A stretch of 64,000 nucleotides of DNA from the NCBI GenBank assembly GCA_964016885.1, contig OZ024757.1, positions 7,192,001-7,256,000 on the forward strand, given 5' to 3'. The translations under genes were made by a program, and so were the position numbers. This document shows positions 1 through 12,404 of this stretch, piece by piece (the first letter of the stretch is position 1; each line of letters starts with the position of its first letter). Source of the DNA: Eledone cirrhosa (lineage: Eukaryota). The notes under the pieces were generated by a model. It was not told where the DNA came from, made no database searches, and saw only the letters and a program-made list of their open reading frames with translations.

Positions 1-52
1 TTATATGTGAAGGAGGTAAGTTGACAAAGATTTACTTGAAGTCTATAATAAT

Positions 53-163
53 TGTTTCTACTTTAGGCACAAGGCCAGCAATTACTCAGTACATTACTGG
101 TACTTTATTTTGTCGACCCTGTAAGGATGAAAGGCAAAGTTAACCTCGGCGGGATTGGAACTC
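53..163 (-). mobile_element. 5'-truncated tRNA-derived SINE (family A) with 13-bp TSD
   Basis: Reverse complement of the 3' half of the SINE at 22292-22475; agtctataataat duplicated at 40-52 and 164-176; empty site in the paralog at ~22958-22975. Confidence 0.9.
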
Positions 164-177
164 AGTCTATAATAATG

Positions 178-440
178 ATAGCCACAAATACTAACTGCTT
201 TACTATACATTAGATAATGTAGTCCTAGGTATACTATGTCTGATAGCCACTATACTGTACATTAGATAATGTAGACCTAGATACACTATGTCTGATAGCC
301 ATTAATACTAATTTCTTTACTGTACATTAGATAATGTAGTCCTAGATATACTATGTCTGATAGCCACTAATACTAACTACTGTACTCTATATTAGATAAT
401 GTAGTACTAAATACACTATGTCTGATAGTCACTAGTATAT
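178..440. repeat. ~52-bp minisatellite (cattagataatgtagtcctagatacactatgtctgatagcc core)
   Basis: About 4 tandem copies here; about 11 in the paralog at 22970-23600. Confidence 0.85.
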
Positions 441-1289
441 ACGTAGTTCTCAGGGAGATTCAGCGAGACGTATGACATGGCTTCCCTTTGAAATACATGT
501 AGAACCCATCTTATATTATAATGTGTCTGAGTATTTCATTGACACGTACACCGTTGACATTGTTCTCAGGGAGATTCAGTGTTTCAATTCTATGTAACAA
601 CGTTTCCACTATAATTACTGGTACAACTTATTATTTTTCCGGTTGGGTGAAATAAAACAATGAGAAATAATGTGTCTTGTTCAAGGCCTCAACTTACAGA
701 CCACCCGTCTGGGATTCGAACTCACGAACCATACGTTCATGTAATGCGTGCTATCACCGCCGAAAACCGGTTTCCTCCACATAAAATACACAGGAATGAC
801 AATCCGGATTAATAAACGAACAAGAATTACAATAAGTCGCTGAGAGTGATCTCCCTTGGCTGACTTTAACATCTTTTCTTCTTCCATTAGAAATTAATTT
901 CTTTCATGTCCGACTGAAAGACTCTGGAGTTTTTACCTGTCTTGGGTTTAATTAATGAGGAATTTTGAGGTATTTATAACAATTATTAATTATTTCATTA
1001 CTGAGATATCATTGGAAGGATTTACTAAAGTTTTTAATTATTAATTATTTTATTAGTAACTTAACATGTGGTTCTTGTATAAAATTATGTTGGAAGATGT
1101 TAGGAAGAATCTATGTAGCATGTCCCGGTAAAATAGACTCCCAGACTATGTAGCCGGTAAGAGTGTCAGACTCCCTTTGTTGCGGCCCTTTATGGTTTGA
1201 GTTAAGACAATTTAAAATATTTTCCACCATCAATTGTTAAAAAACAAGTTAAAATCATTTAGTCGTCCATTCGTAACGTACGTTACACT

Positions 1290-1640
1290 TTACTTACATA
1301 CACATCTACTGTGTTATATACACACACATCTACTGTGTTACATAGACATCTACTGTGTTACATATACACACAACTACTGTGTTATATATACACACACACT
1401 TCTGTGTTACACACACATATCTACTGAGTTACATACACACACATCTACTGAGTTATATACACATCTCCTATGTTACATACACACATCTACTGTGTTACAT
1501 ACACACACATCTGTGTTACATACACACATGTCTACTGTGTTACATACACGCACATCTACTAAGTTACATACACACACATCTACTGAGTTACATACACACA
1601 CATCTACTGGGTTTACACATCTACTCATACATATACATAA
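1290..1640. repeat. 22-26-bp minisatellite (catctactgtgttacatacaca[ca])
   Basis: Tandem repeat; longer paralogous array at 24450-25530. Confidence 0.9.
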
Positions 1641-2771
1641 ACAGACACACAATACAAAATAATTATTACATACACACGCATCTATGTAATGATTGAGGAA
1701 GGAATTGGCTGGTGAAACGCTATAGCGATGTGTGTGTTGCGTACCTTTCAGGTTTCCCGGCTTCGTAGCCTGTTCGAAGATTTTATTATAATTATGAACC
1801 TCGTACTTCAAATAATTATGACTAATTATGAGCTATTTATCACAATTGTTAGTTAATTACTAACATAGTAACATAACATATGGTTGTTATATAGAATTTC
1901 GTTGGAAGACTTTAATTTAGATAGGAACCATTTCCATAGAACGAGAACCAATTTTGGCTGGGTTTCTACCAAAAGGGTTAATGAAGAATTTTGAACAATT
2001 TACTAAAATTGTTAATTATTTCATTACTAGGATAATGTTTGAATACACAATTATATGTGTATATATAAACAGTATATATATACAGTATATATATAGTACA
2101 CAAAAGATGTAGTGGGATAATGAGTAGTCTTAAGACAAGTCTGTCCAGATAGCTGCGCTGTAACTTACACTTATTGGGACTGTGCGTTGGCTAGCAGGCC
2201 TGTATTTTGGGATCTAGCTGGTCCATTATGAGGGAGGTCTGGTTAGTCGGCAACACCATGCCTTACTTGGGGTATATATATGTATAGAAATAAGTTATTG
2301 TATATGTATAACTGTCCATCTATATGTATAGATGTATGTTTAGGTATGTGTTTACATACATATATACATTTTCAGACGTATACACGTAAGAGAATATATA
2401 TCTTTATATATATAAATGTATATTTATAAATATATAAACATAATTATGAGTGTATATAAATATATATATATGAAGAGGTCACAGAACTTTGACAATATAT
2501 AAACAGTCATCTGGTTGTGGAACCAACCAACCGGAAATTTATAAATTCCTAAATTTATAAATTTATTATAATAAATTGAAGTGAAACAACTGGTGCGTGT
2601 GTTTCTTATTGGCAACATGACCCTCCCAAAGTATAACAATATCGGCTTCAACACACGTTTTCAGATAAAGAATCTTGCTAAACAAATTCAGAAACGAAAT
2701 ATATATATATATATGTTTATATTTATATATCAATCACCTTTTAATATATATATGTATATATAAAATATATA

Positions 2772-2850
2772 CAGGGTCTCCCCCACAAAATGTATACGCA
2801 CTTCAACTATAGGCTATGTAAATGTGTATACATATTTTAGGGACACCCTG
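2772..2850. mobile_element. 79-bp Tc1/mariner-type MITE
   Basis: TA|CAGGGT...ACCCTG|TA termini; imperfect TIRs extend inward (aaaatgtatac / gtatacatatttt). Confidence 0.7.
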
Positions 2851-4371
2851 TATATATACATATCATGTAACGTGACTCCTACTATTATTGGTTGTACAGA
2901 TCGTCACAGATGAAAATCTTTATTTCGACCAAGATTGAATATTTAATGGAATTAAGTGGAATTAGGAAATAAGACAATAAAACAGTGAAATAGAGACATA
3001 AGAGGTAGATAGAGTAAAAGAAGAGAGGGGGAGAGAGAATTAACACAGTTTTGTCTTTATATCTCTCTCACTTCTCCTCCTTCCATATATTGTTGTCTCT
3101 TACTACACCTCATAAAAGCAGGTCTGACCCTTAATCTGAATTATATCTACTTATGTAGGTTTAACTTTACCAAGATTACCGAATCACTGCTCGAACTTGG
3201 GGCTTCTGAAACTAACTTATTGTGTTAGCAGATGTTGGATGAGAATCTTCAATAAAAATATGGAGAAGCAAGGCGATAGATCTTTCTTTTTGTTTGTGTT
3301 TGAATTAATTTTTCCGTGTTTTATTTTCTTTTACTTGTAAATACAACCGACGTGTTGTAAGGGTGGTTGAGTTACTGCAGTGTTAATGCTTCAGTGTGTG
3401 GAAGCCAGGTTAACAGTAGAAATCTTGTTGAGAGATCTACTGGTACCAACCACATAATTATGGAGATAACGTTCAGATGAGTAATAAATTGTGGAATGTC
3501 CTAGCTTTCGCCCTGGTAAGGCTAAGTAGGCTTTTTGATGTGTTACCTTAGGTTTGTAAGGACTATTTAAGTCGATATTTCAGTGATTGATTTCTTGTTT
3601 TTGGTGGGTAGTCGCACATGGTTGTATGTGTTGCTTATGTTGACTTAAGGGGAGCCCTAAAAAAACCCGTCCGGCAGCGACGGCTGCCTAGACAGAATTT
3701 TGAGATGTATCAAAAACAGTGGAGGAGAAATAAATATAATACATTCACGAAACACGTGTTACGCGTGATTACGAATAAAATGTCAAAATGAAACTTGGAT
3801 ACTCAATCCTGATATATATTTCATGAGGGAACTAACCCCCATTTAGTTCCCTATAGACTTTAAACTGGGGCTTAAAGCAGCCCACCAAACAGTCCCTTCC
3901 CAATTCAAGAAGGTATGTGACCTGAAAGAAATTTGGCTGCTATATCCAACAGGTCAAGTAACCACATAGAGGTCTTCACTCCTTCTCTCGAAACAAACAT
4001 ATTTGTCATTGTTAGTGATTTTAGCCAAAAAGTTGTTGTTGAAATCAGTAATTTTTTACAGGAAAGTTAGGATTAACTAATGAACTTGATACAATTGAGT
4101 GAGGGAAGATTTTAGCTGGCCAACATAGAAAACACTTTCTAAATGAGACAGAACACTTTGTAGAATAATTATTTCAATGATTCTTTTCTAACTTTTCCTT
4201 TCAACTTTCTCTTTCATTTCACTTGTTTTTCCTTCTTTTCTTTAACCTTCTTATTAGATTATATGTTGTCTTATATTTTCACTTGGACTTTATACTTCTC
4301 TGTGTTATATATATAAGGTTCCATGTGAAACACCATAACTAGAATACAATTGAACAACAAACAAACGATTT

Positions 4372-4448
4372 GATTCGGTTATAAAGAATTTGCGTTACAA
4401 CGAATTATCTTTATACTCCGTGAATTTCTTTATAACGGAATTTCCCTG
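4372..4448. mobile_element. One terminus of a pogo/mariner-like element
   Basis: Ends ...ttataacggaatttccCTG|TA with internal ttataa/ttacaacgaa subrepeats; other end not seen. Confidence 0.4.
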
Positions 4449-4466
4449 TATATATGGTGTGTGTGC

Positions 4467-4502
<36 letters not shown>

Positions 4503-4763
4503 CAAGAAGAAGAATGATATTCTGGCGGTTTTCGAGCTTATTCTGAAGTCTGAACAAAAGACTTGCTGTGTTGATTGTTTAACTAAACGTAAGAGTTTAA
4601 AGAAGAATCTGTAATGGATAATTTCACTGCTATTTCTAGCAGGGTGAGAGACTATGTAGATATATAATTGATATTTTACTGAGTGATACTTTTTGATTTG
4701 CCATGGATTAAATACGATTGGAAGTGTGTCTGAATACATTAAATTATATCAGGGACTGTTATC

Positions 4764-5324
4764 GTATGACACCGGTAAGGGAGTTAAATCATTTCCAACG
4801 ACACCGTGTACTTGCTGTTTACTATAACTTTAATTAATCTAATTATATCTTGTGTAACAATTATATATATATTTATATATACACAATTTTAATTCCCCGA
4901 CACCAGTCTTACACTGTCATATCTATTCTTACTTTACAATTGTGTCTACTAAGAGTTCCATTACAATCTGTAGTAGTAAAATTACTATTTCACCAGAACA
5001 TCTGCTATCAGTCATTTATAGACAATATATATATTTTAGACCACATATCAACCTAATATATATATATATTTCCTATCAAATCTGTAGCTAAAGACATAAA
5101 GTCAGCCTCACTACTTCATTCTGACAAGATATCAATTTATGACTAAAGATGAAGAAGATACACCAACGTTAATCTCGTGAAATAAAGCTGATAACATTGA
5201 AACTTCTAATTTGATAACAAAGAGATTATTTCTTTGGTTGTTTAGTAACAACTAACAACACAACACATTGATTATATGTGAAGGAGGTAAGTTGACAAAG
5301 ATTTACTTAATGTCTATATTAATG
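4764..5324 (+). repeat. Duplication block B (paralogous to 22215-22971); homologous to the 5' region of the ZNF genes
   Basis: Near-identical to 22476-22971, more diverged vs 22215-22291; start matches reverse complement of 35180-35310 and 46340-46470. Confidence 0.85.
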
Positions 5325-5643
5325 TGTGTAAATAATATAATTATATGAACCCTACAACGACCCAGTAATTATATACAAGTGAAAATATATATAACAACAT
5401 TAGAAAAATATATTTCTTCCTCCACTTTTATATATAGAAAAAACACTTCCAAACTGAAATGTTGATGTGATATTTTTCAATCATCAGATTCCACTGTTAC
5501 ATGTGATATAAAATATATTGTTATCATGACTGTCTTTATTATTTAATTACCTCCGTCTATATTTCAACCACTGAAACAACCTCAAACAAGAAACAGTTGT
5601 CACACCCTCAGTCAACATTTTAATGTAAGATATCGAAATAAAG

Positions 5644-6263
5644 GGCACTGTCGTGGTATTAGCTGTCAGAAAGAAGGTGACGTCAGTCGTCAACCTTCTC
5701 AATCCTTTATTTCCGTATCACTCTTCCGTTTATTTACGTTTATGATTTTATTTATGGGGACCTAATAACCCCGTAATTTTCGAGAGAAACGATAATATAC
5801 AATCTTATTTAACATGTGCATTAAACACTACACTAGCTGTTACAATTGTAATTAACGTGTAAGAACTTAAATGAAAATATAGGTGGCCCTTAAAAGGGCC
5901 GGTGTTGAAACAAGTCATGGTTATCAAATTAGAAAACAAATTTAAGTTCAACACCGGCCCTTTTAAGGGCCACCTATATTTTCATTTAAGTTCTTACACG
6001 TTAATTACAATTGTAACAGCTAGTGTAGTTTTTAATGCACATGTTAAATAAGATTGTATATTATCGTTTCTCTCGAAAATTACGGAGTTATTTGGTCCCC
6101 ATATTATTATTTAAAAAGTGTATCTCATCGTAAACGTATCTCTTAGAAAATCCTAAACATAAATAAAGGGAATAGTGATACGGAAACAAAGGATTGAGAA
6201 GGTTGACGAATGACGTCACCTTCTTCTACTTTCACTTCTGACAGCTAATACCATGACACTGCC
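5644..6263. repeat. Long inverted repeat / foldback element (arms 5644-5909 and 5947-6263, 37-bp spacer)
   Basis: Arms are reverse complements with few mismatches; right arm has two insertions. Confidence 0.9.
5956..5971 (+). promoter_or_regulatory. Histone-mRNA-type 3' stem-loop motif (mirror copy at 5885-5900, minus strand)
   Basis: GGCCCT-TTTA-AGGGCC followed by ACC and preceded by AACACC fits the replication-dependent histone stem-loop; no histone ORF nearby. Confidence 0.6.
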
Positions 6264-6317
6264 GAAATATATGTTATCAGTGTATATAGATAGATGTATG
6301 TTGTGTGTGTATATATA

Positions 6318-6900
6318 CAGTAATCCCCCGCTATATCGCGGTTCACTTTTCGCGGTCCTGTTACATCGCGGATATTTCTTTGGAACGTATCTAATTTCCT
6401 ATCGCGGTAATCCTCGCCACATCGCGGATTATTCGTTAGAAGATATCTAGTTTCTTATCGCGGTACCTCTGAATAAAAAGTGTTTAAAATTTAAACTTAT
6501 TAAATAAGTTTCAATGTTATTAAAGTGTATATCGTAAGGAAGGGACATCTTAAGGCTTTAATTATGAACAAATGTTTATATTTTTCATTCCATTATTGTT
6601 TTACTGATTGTGTTTTGCTCTAATCTACTACAAACCCTTCATACATTGACGGGAGATGTGCAGTGTATTACCAAGTGGCTACCGTGGCTAGCAATAGTCC
6701 TCATTGGTAACTAGTGGTATGATAGTTGGTGGTAGTTTCTATACGATCGTTACTGGCTGTTTTTGGTGTTTAAATACAAAAGTGTGTTTTAATGAGTTTA
6801 TATGTACTTAAAGCATGTATGAGAGGTATTTTAAGGCTTAAACTATGAAAACAACGGTTGTCTTTGTGGTCTCTCTATATCACGGTTGGTTCTGGACGTA
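6318..6900 (+). mobile_element. Non-autonomous pogo/Tigger-like DNA transposon, right end cut by a SINE
   Basis: TA|CAGTAATCCCCCGCTATATCGCGG terminus with repeated ATCGCGG subterminal motifs. Confidence 0.65.
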
Positions 6901-7090
6901 TCGTGGCTTAGTGGTTAGAGCATTGGGCTTGCAATCGAATGGTTGTGAGTTCGATTCTCGGACCGTGTGATGTGTTGTATCCTTGAGCAAGACACTTTAT
7001 TTCACATTGTGTACTCAGCTGTAGAAATGAGTTGTGCTGTTACTGGTGCCAAGCTGTATCAGCCATAGCCTTTCTCTTGGACAACATCAT
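6901..7090 (+). mobile_element. tRNA-derived SINE (family B head plus central domain)
   Basis: A box TGGCTTAGTGG, B box GTTCGATTC, central ccttgagcaagacactttatttcacattg. Confidence 0.85.
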
Positions 7091-7835
7091 ATATAGTATA
7101 TAATATATACTGTACAGTGTCTATATAATATATATATAGTGTATATGTTGTGATATTTGTGCCAAGCTGTATCAGCCATAGCCTTTCTCTTGGACAACAT
7201 TATATATAGTGTATAATATATACTGTACACAGTGTATATATAATATATATATATAGTGTATATATGTTGTGATACTGGTGCCAAGCTGTATCAGCCATAG
7301 CCTTTCTCTTGGACAACATCATATATAGTATATAATATATACTGTACACAGTGTATATATAATATATATATATAGTATATATGTTGTGATGTCACTGGTG
7401 CCAAGCTGTATCAGCCATTACTTTTCTCTTGGACAACATCATATATAGTATATAATATATACTGTACAGTGTCTATATAATATATATATAGTATATATGT
7501 TGTGATACTGGTGCCAAGCTGTATCAGCCATTGCCTTTCTCTTGGACAACATTATATATAGTGTATAATATATACTGTACACAGTGTATATATAATATAT
7601 ATATAGTGTATATATGTTGTGATATTTGTGCCAAGCTGTATCAGCCATTGCCTTTCTCTTGGACAACATCATATATAGTATATAATATATCCTGTACACA
7701 GTGTATATATAATGTATATATATAGTGTATATATGTTGTGATACTGGTGCCAAGCTGTATCAGCCACTGTCTTTCTCTTGGACAACATCATATATAGTGT
7801 ATAGTATATACTGTACACAGTGTATATATAATATA
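7042..7835. repeat. ~120-bp tandem repeat (SINE tail plus TA-rich spacer), ~6.5 copies
   Basis: Unit begins actggtgccaagctgtatcagcca...ttggacaacatc; further single units at 8620-8760 and 9020-9230. Confidence 0.9.
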
Positions 7836-7837
7836 TG

Positions 7838-8622
7838 TATGTAAAAGGTAAACAGAAATAACAACACAATTGTTACAGTATATGGAAGGGATATATTAGG
7901 TTAACTCTTGATATAGCAGGAAGAGGGTCTTAACGTTTCAGATGCTAGTCCTTCATCAGAAGAAAGAATGAGAAATAAGATAGATTGAGGAGACGGGCGG
8001 GATGGGATTGGAAAAAATGTCTTTAGATAAAAATAACAGGTCCATTCATGTTGACATCTCTTGCAAAACTGTTGGTGCTGGCGTTTTGTGTATGATTTAT
8101 TTTTTAGAAAAGTGGATGATGGAGCGCGTCTACCTGAAATGGAAAAAAAACGTTTTGTAAAAAGATCTACACTTGTGCACATGTGTAAGTGTGTGTGTGT
8201 GTATGTTGTTATATGTCCGTACGAAACTAATAAGAAATGTGTGTATATATGAGTAAAAGAGTGTGTGTGCATGTAAGTACGAAGCTATGAGCAACAGTAT
8301 GTTAATATAAGGGTGTGTATGTATAGAGAGCAGTGAAGGAAAAAAGTGGAGTGAGCATATATATAGTCGGCCTGTATTAGTTTGAAGAGAAGACGTTAAT
8401 GATGAAGAGAAAGTGATAGGAATCTAGGGGTGTGATAATGGACGGAGTATTAGAGAAATTGGGGCGGTGAGTTCAGTCCAAGAGGGGAATAGGACCCAAG
8501 GTGGTGAATCAGACTTTGTCCAGTCCTGGTGCGTGAGGCTTGTGATCCATGATGTAAAAGGACACCCAGGACTGAAACATGTAGGGAAGAATGACCAGGA
8601 GAACAGAAATGACGGGTGACAG
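7838..8622 (-). mobile_element. Penelope-like element 3' remnant (GIY-YIG C-terminus plus pseudo-LTR)
   Basis: Minus strand 8620-8450 reads VTRHFCSPGHSSLHVSVLGV...LIHHLGSYSPLGLNS, like the Penelope EN C-terminus; hammerhead motif downstream; tail repeated at 29680-29825. Confidence 0.7.
7928..7963 (-). ncRNA. Minimal type-I hammerhead ribozyme motif (degenerate stem II)
   Basis: UCUU-CUGAUGA-AGGACUAGCAUCU-GAAAC-GU-U-AAGA. Confidence 0.6.
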
Positions 8623-8809
8623 TGTATATATACTGTACATAGTGTATATATATAGTATATATGTTGTGATGTCACTGGTGCCAAGTTGTATCAGCCATTG
8701 CCTTTCCCATCGTCATATATGCTGTACACAGTGTATATGTAATATATATAGTGTATATGTAATGTATATATAATATATATATAGTGTATATAACTAGTAT
8801 ATATAAAAT

Positions 8810-9010
8810 AGGTGCCACGGAAAACAGCACCCAGCACTCACTGTAAATGAGGTTGGTGTTAGGAAGGGCATCCAGCTGTAGAGATCAAGCCAGAATCAGT
8901 TCCCATATGAGCAAGAGATGGTCACCAGACCTGGCACTGCCCACAACAGGAGAACCCGTCTAACCCATGCTAGCATACAAGAATGGACGTAAAACGGTGA
9001 TGATGATGAT
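8810..9010 (+). mobile_element. RTE/SINE 3'-end fragment
   Basis: gttggtgttaggaagggcatccagctgta...aacccatgctagcat...gacgtaaaacg then (TGA)n tail shared with RTE copies. Confidence 0.7.
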
Positions 9011-9199
9011 ATGAGTTGTTACTGGTTCCAAGTTGTATCGTCCATTGCCTTTCTCTTGGACAACATATATACTGTACATAGTATATATATAATATATATA
9101 TAGGGTGTATATACTGTGTATAGTGTATATATATAGTGTATATATGTTGTGACGTCACTGGTGCCAAGCTGTATCAGCCATTGCCTTTCCCTGGGACAA

Positions 9200-11483
9200 C
9201 ATCATATATAGTGTACATAGTGTATACTGTACACAGTGTATATATAATATATATATAGTGTATATATACTGTACATAGTGTATATATAATATATATATAG
9301 TGTATATATACTGTACATAGTGTATATATAATATATATATAGTGTATATATACTGTACATAGTGTATATATAATATATATATAGTGTATATATACTGTAC
9401 ATAGTGTATATATAATATATATATAGTGTATATATACTGTACATAGTGTATATATAATATATATATAGTGTATATATACTGTACATAGTGTATATATAAT
9501 ATATATATAGTGTATATATACTGTACATAGTGTATATATAATATATATATAGTGTATAATATATACTGTACATAGTGTATATATAATATATATATAGCGT
9601 ATATATACTGTACATGGTGTATATATAATATATATATAGTGTATATATATTGTACATAGTGTATATATATGGTACATAGTGTATATATAATATATATATA
9701 GTGTATATATACTGTACATAGTGTATATATAATATAATATAGTCTATATATACTGTACATGGTGTATATATAATATATATATAGTGTATATATACTGTAC
9801 ATAGTGTATATATATTGTACAGAGTGTATATATAATATATATATAGTGTATATATACTGTACATAGTGTATATATAATATATATATAGTGTATAATATAT
9901 ACTGTACATAGTGTATATATAATATATATATAGTGTATATATACTGTACATAGTGTATATATAATATAATATAGTCTATATATACTGTACATGGTGTATA
10001 TATAATATATATATAGTGTATATATACTGTACATAGTGTATATATATTGTACAGAGTGTATATATAATATATATATAGTGTATATATACTGTACATAGTG
10101 TATATATAATATATATATAGTGTATATATACTGTACAGAGTGTATATATAATATATATATAGTGTATATATACTGTACATAGTGTATATATAATATATAT
10201 ATAGTGTATATATACTGTACATAGTGTATATATATAATATATTTATAGTGTATATATATGGTACATAGTGTATATATAATATATATATATAGTGTATATA
10301 TACTGTACATTGTGTATATATAATATATATATATAGTGTATAATATATACTGTACACAGTGTATATATAATATATATATAGTGTATAATATATACTGTAC
10401 ATAGTGTGTATATAATATATATAGAGTGTATATATACTGTACACAGTGTATATATAATATATATATAGTGTATAATATATACTGTACATAGTGTGTATAT
10501 AATATATAGTGTATATATACTGTACGCAGTGTATATATAATATATATATAGTGTATAATATATACTGTACATAGTGTGTATATAATATATATAGAGTGTA
10601 TATATAGTGTATACATAATATATATATAGTGTATATATACTGTACATGGTGTATATATAATATATATATAGTGTATATATATGGTATATAGAATATATAT
10701 ATAGTGTATATATACTGTACATAGTGTATATATAATATATATGGTACATAGTGTATATATAATATATATATAGTGTATATATAATATATATATAGTGTAT
10801 ATATATGGTACATAGTGTATATATAATATATATATAGTGTATATATATTGTACATAGTGTATATATAATATATATATAGTGTATATATACTGTACACAGT
10901 GTATATATAATATATATATATATAGTGTATATATATTGTACATAGTGTATATATAATATATATATAGTGTATATATACTGTACATAGTGTATATATAATA
11001 TATATATATATATAGTGTATATATATTGTACATAGTGTATATATAATATATATATAGTGTATATATACTGTACATAGTGTATATATAATATATATATAGT
11101 GTATATATACTGTACATGGTGTATATATAATATATATATATAGTGTATATATACTGTACATTGTGTATATTTAATATATATATACTGTATATATAGTGTA
11201 CATAGTGTATATATAATATATATATAGTGTATATATACTGTACATAGTGTATATATAATATACATAGTGTATATATACTGTATATAGAATATATAATATA
11301 TATATATAGAGTATATATAATATATATATAGTGTATATATATGGTACATAGTGTATATATAATATATATATAGTGTATATATATGGTACATAGTGTATAT
11401 ATAATATATATATAGTGTATATATACTGTACATAGTGTATATATAATATATATATAGTGTATATATACTGTATATAGTGTATA
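9200..11483. repeat. ~42-bp AT-rich minisatellite (tatactgtacatagtgtatatataatatatatatagtgtata)
   Basis: ~2.3 kb tandem array; source of the Y/I-rich pseudo-ORFs. Confidence 0.95.
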
Positions 11484-11489
11484 GTTTTT

Positions 11490-11630
11490 AACTGGTTGAA
11501 ATCCTTCACTCTCAGTTGAAGAGAGGTAGTCACAGTTCTAGGACAGCATTCTTCACTGTACAAGATGTCATCTGGTGTACCACAGGGATCTGTTCTTGGA
11601 CCCCTTTTGTTTGTTGCATATGTAGTGGAT
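11490..11630 (+). mobile_element. CR1/Jockey-group LINE RT fragment
   Basis: Translates WLKSFTLS*REVVTVLGQHSSLYKMSSGVPQGSVLGPLLFVAY. Confidence 0.75.
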
Positions 11631-11794
11631 AAATGTATTCTTTTGTGGATGAATGATAAAAAGAATAATGTCAGAATTGTGATGTTGACAATGTTTATTT
11701 TACAATAACAATATTCACTTGTTGCTACATTGAATATCGAGTAACATTATAGAACCATCTAGGCAATAGAAGGAGCTGGTGTCCTGTGTCCACT

Positions 11795-11997
11795 TGCTAA
11801 TTATTGCACCTGAGCATCGCCACATACAAAATCTACGTTCTTAGATAGCTTACCTCTAATCCCACTACATCTTTTATGTACCCATAGTTTGCATTTGGGA
11901 CATAAAATGGAATGTCTACCTACTCCTTTGCTACACACTGAACATGGCCATTTCCCAGAGGGCACCTGTGCCCTATTTTCCTTTCTACATACTAGAA
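11795..11997 (-). mobile_element. RTE LINE internal fragment covering the PHD-like insert
   Basis: Homologous to 47470-47680 (GKWPCSVC...CPKCKLWVHKRC...CGRC). Confidence 0.8.
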
Positions 11998-12404
11998 TAT
12001 GTGTATGTAACTCAAATAGTGGTCCCCCATCCTCACTTTGGTCTCAAATAAGTGTACCCCACCCTCACTTTCATCTCAAATAATCTTCCCCCACCCTCAC
12101 TTATTTATTTTCCACCCCACTCTTGATTCACCCTACCCTCTGTTTATTAAATTGTTCTTATCTCTGGTGAAATATTATTCAAAGTGGTCGCATTCCAGCG
12201 ACAATTTTCTTTAGACATTAAAAAACATTTTACATGACATAAAAAGTGCATTACTAGAAATGCCATATGTTATAAAATAAATAAGATGGGTTGGGGTCTC
12301 ATTATGTAAACTAAATGACTAATTCTGGATTTTTATCTCTGGTGAAGTTTTACCGATTTTCCACACACCCCACGTTTCTTTCTGGGTCGATGTATTTAAT
12401 ATAG

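Larger units (their letters stand above)
1..2400. repeat. Segmental duplication block A (paralogous to ~22919-26345)
   Basis: Colinear high identity with 22919-26345: same unique segments (aagtcgctgagagtgatctcccttggctgac; gggataatgagtagtcttaagac) and the same two minisatellites. Confidence 0.9.

Noticed and set aside
3150-3520. Coding-like segment (FTKITESLLELGASETNLL) with possible splice sites
   Set aside because: Multiple stops and no family I can recognise with confidence
3645-3880. TTAA|GGGG possible Kolobok/piggyBac terminus
   Set aside because: No matching opposite terminus found
6901-6965. tRNA gene
   Set aside because: A/B boxes present but no proper acceptor stem; continues into SINE body and occurs as dispersed copies
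9155-11563. Y/I-rich ORFs up to 668 aa
   Set aside because: Translation of the 42-bp TA-rich minisatellite
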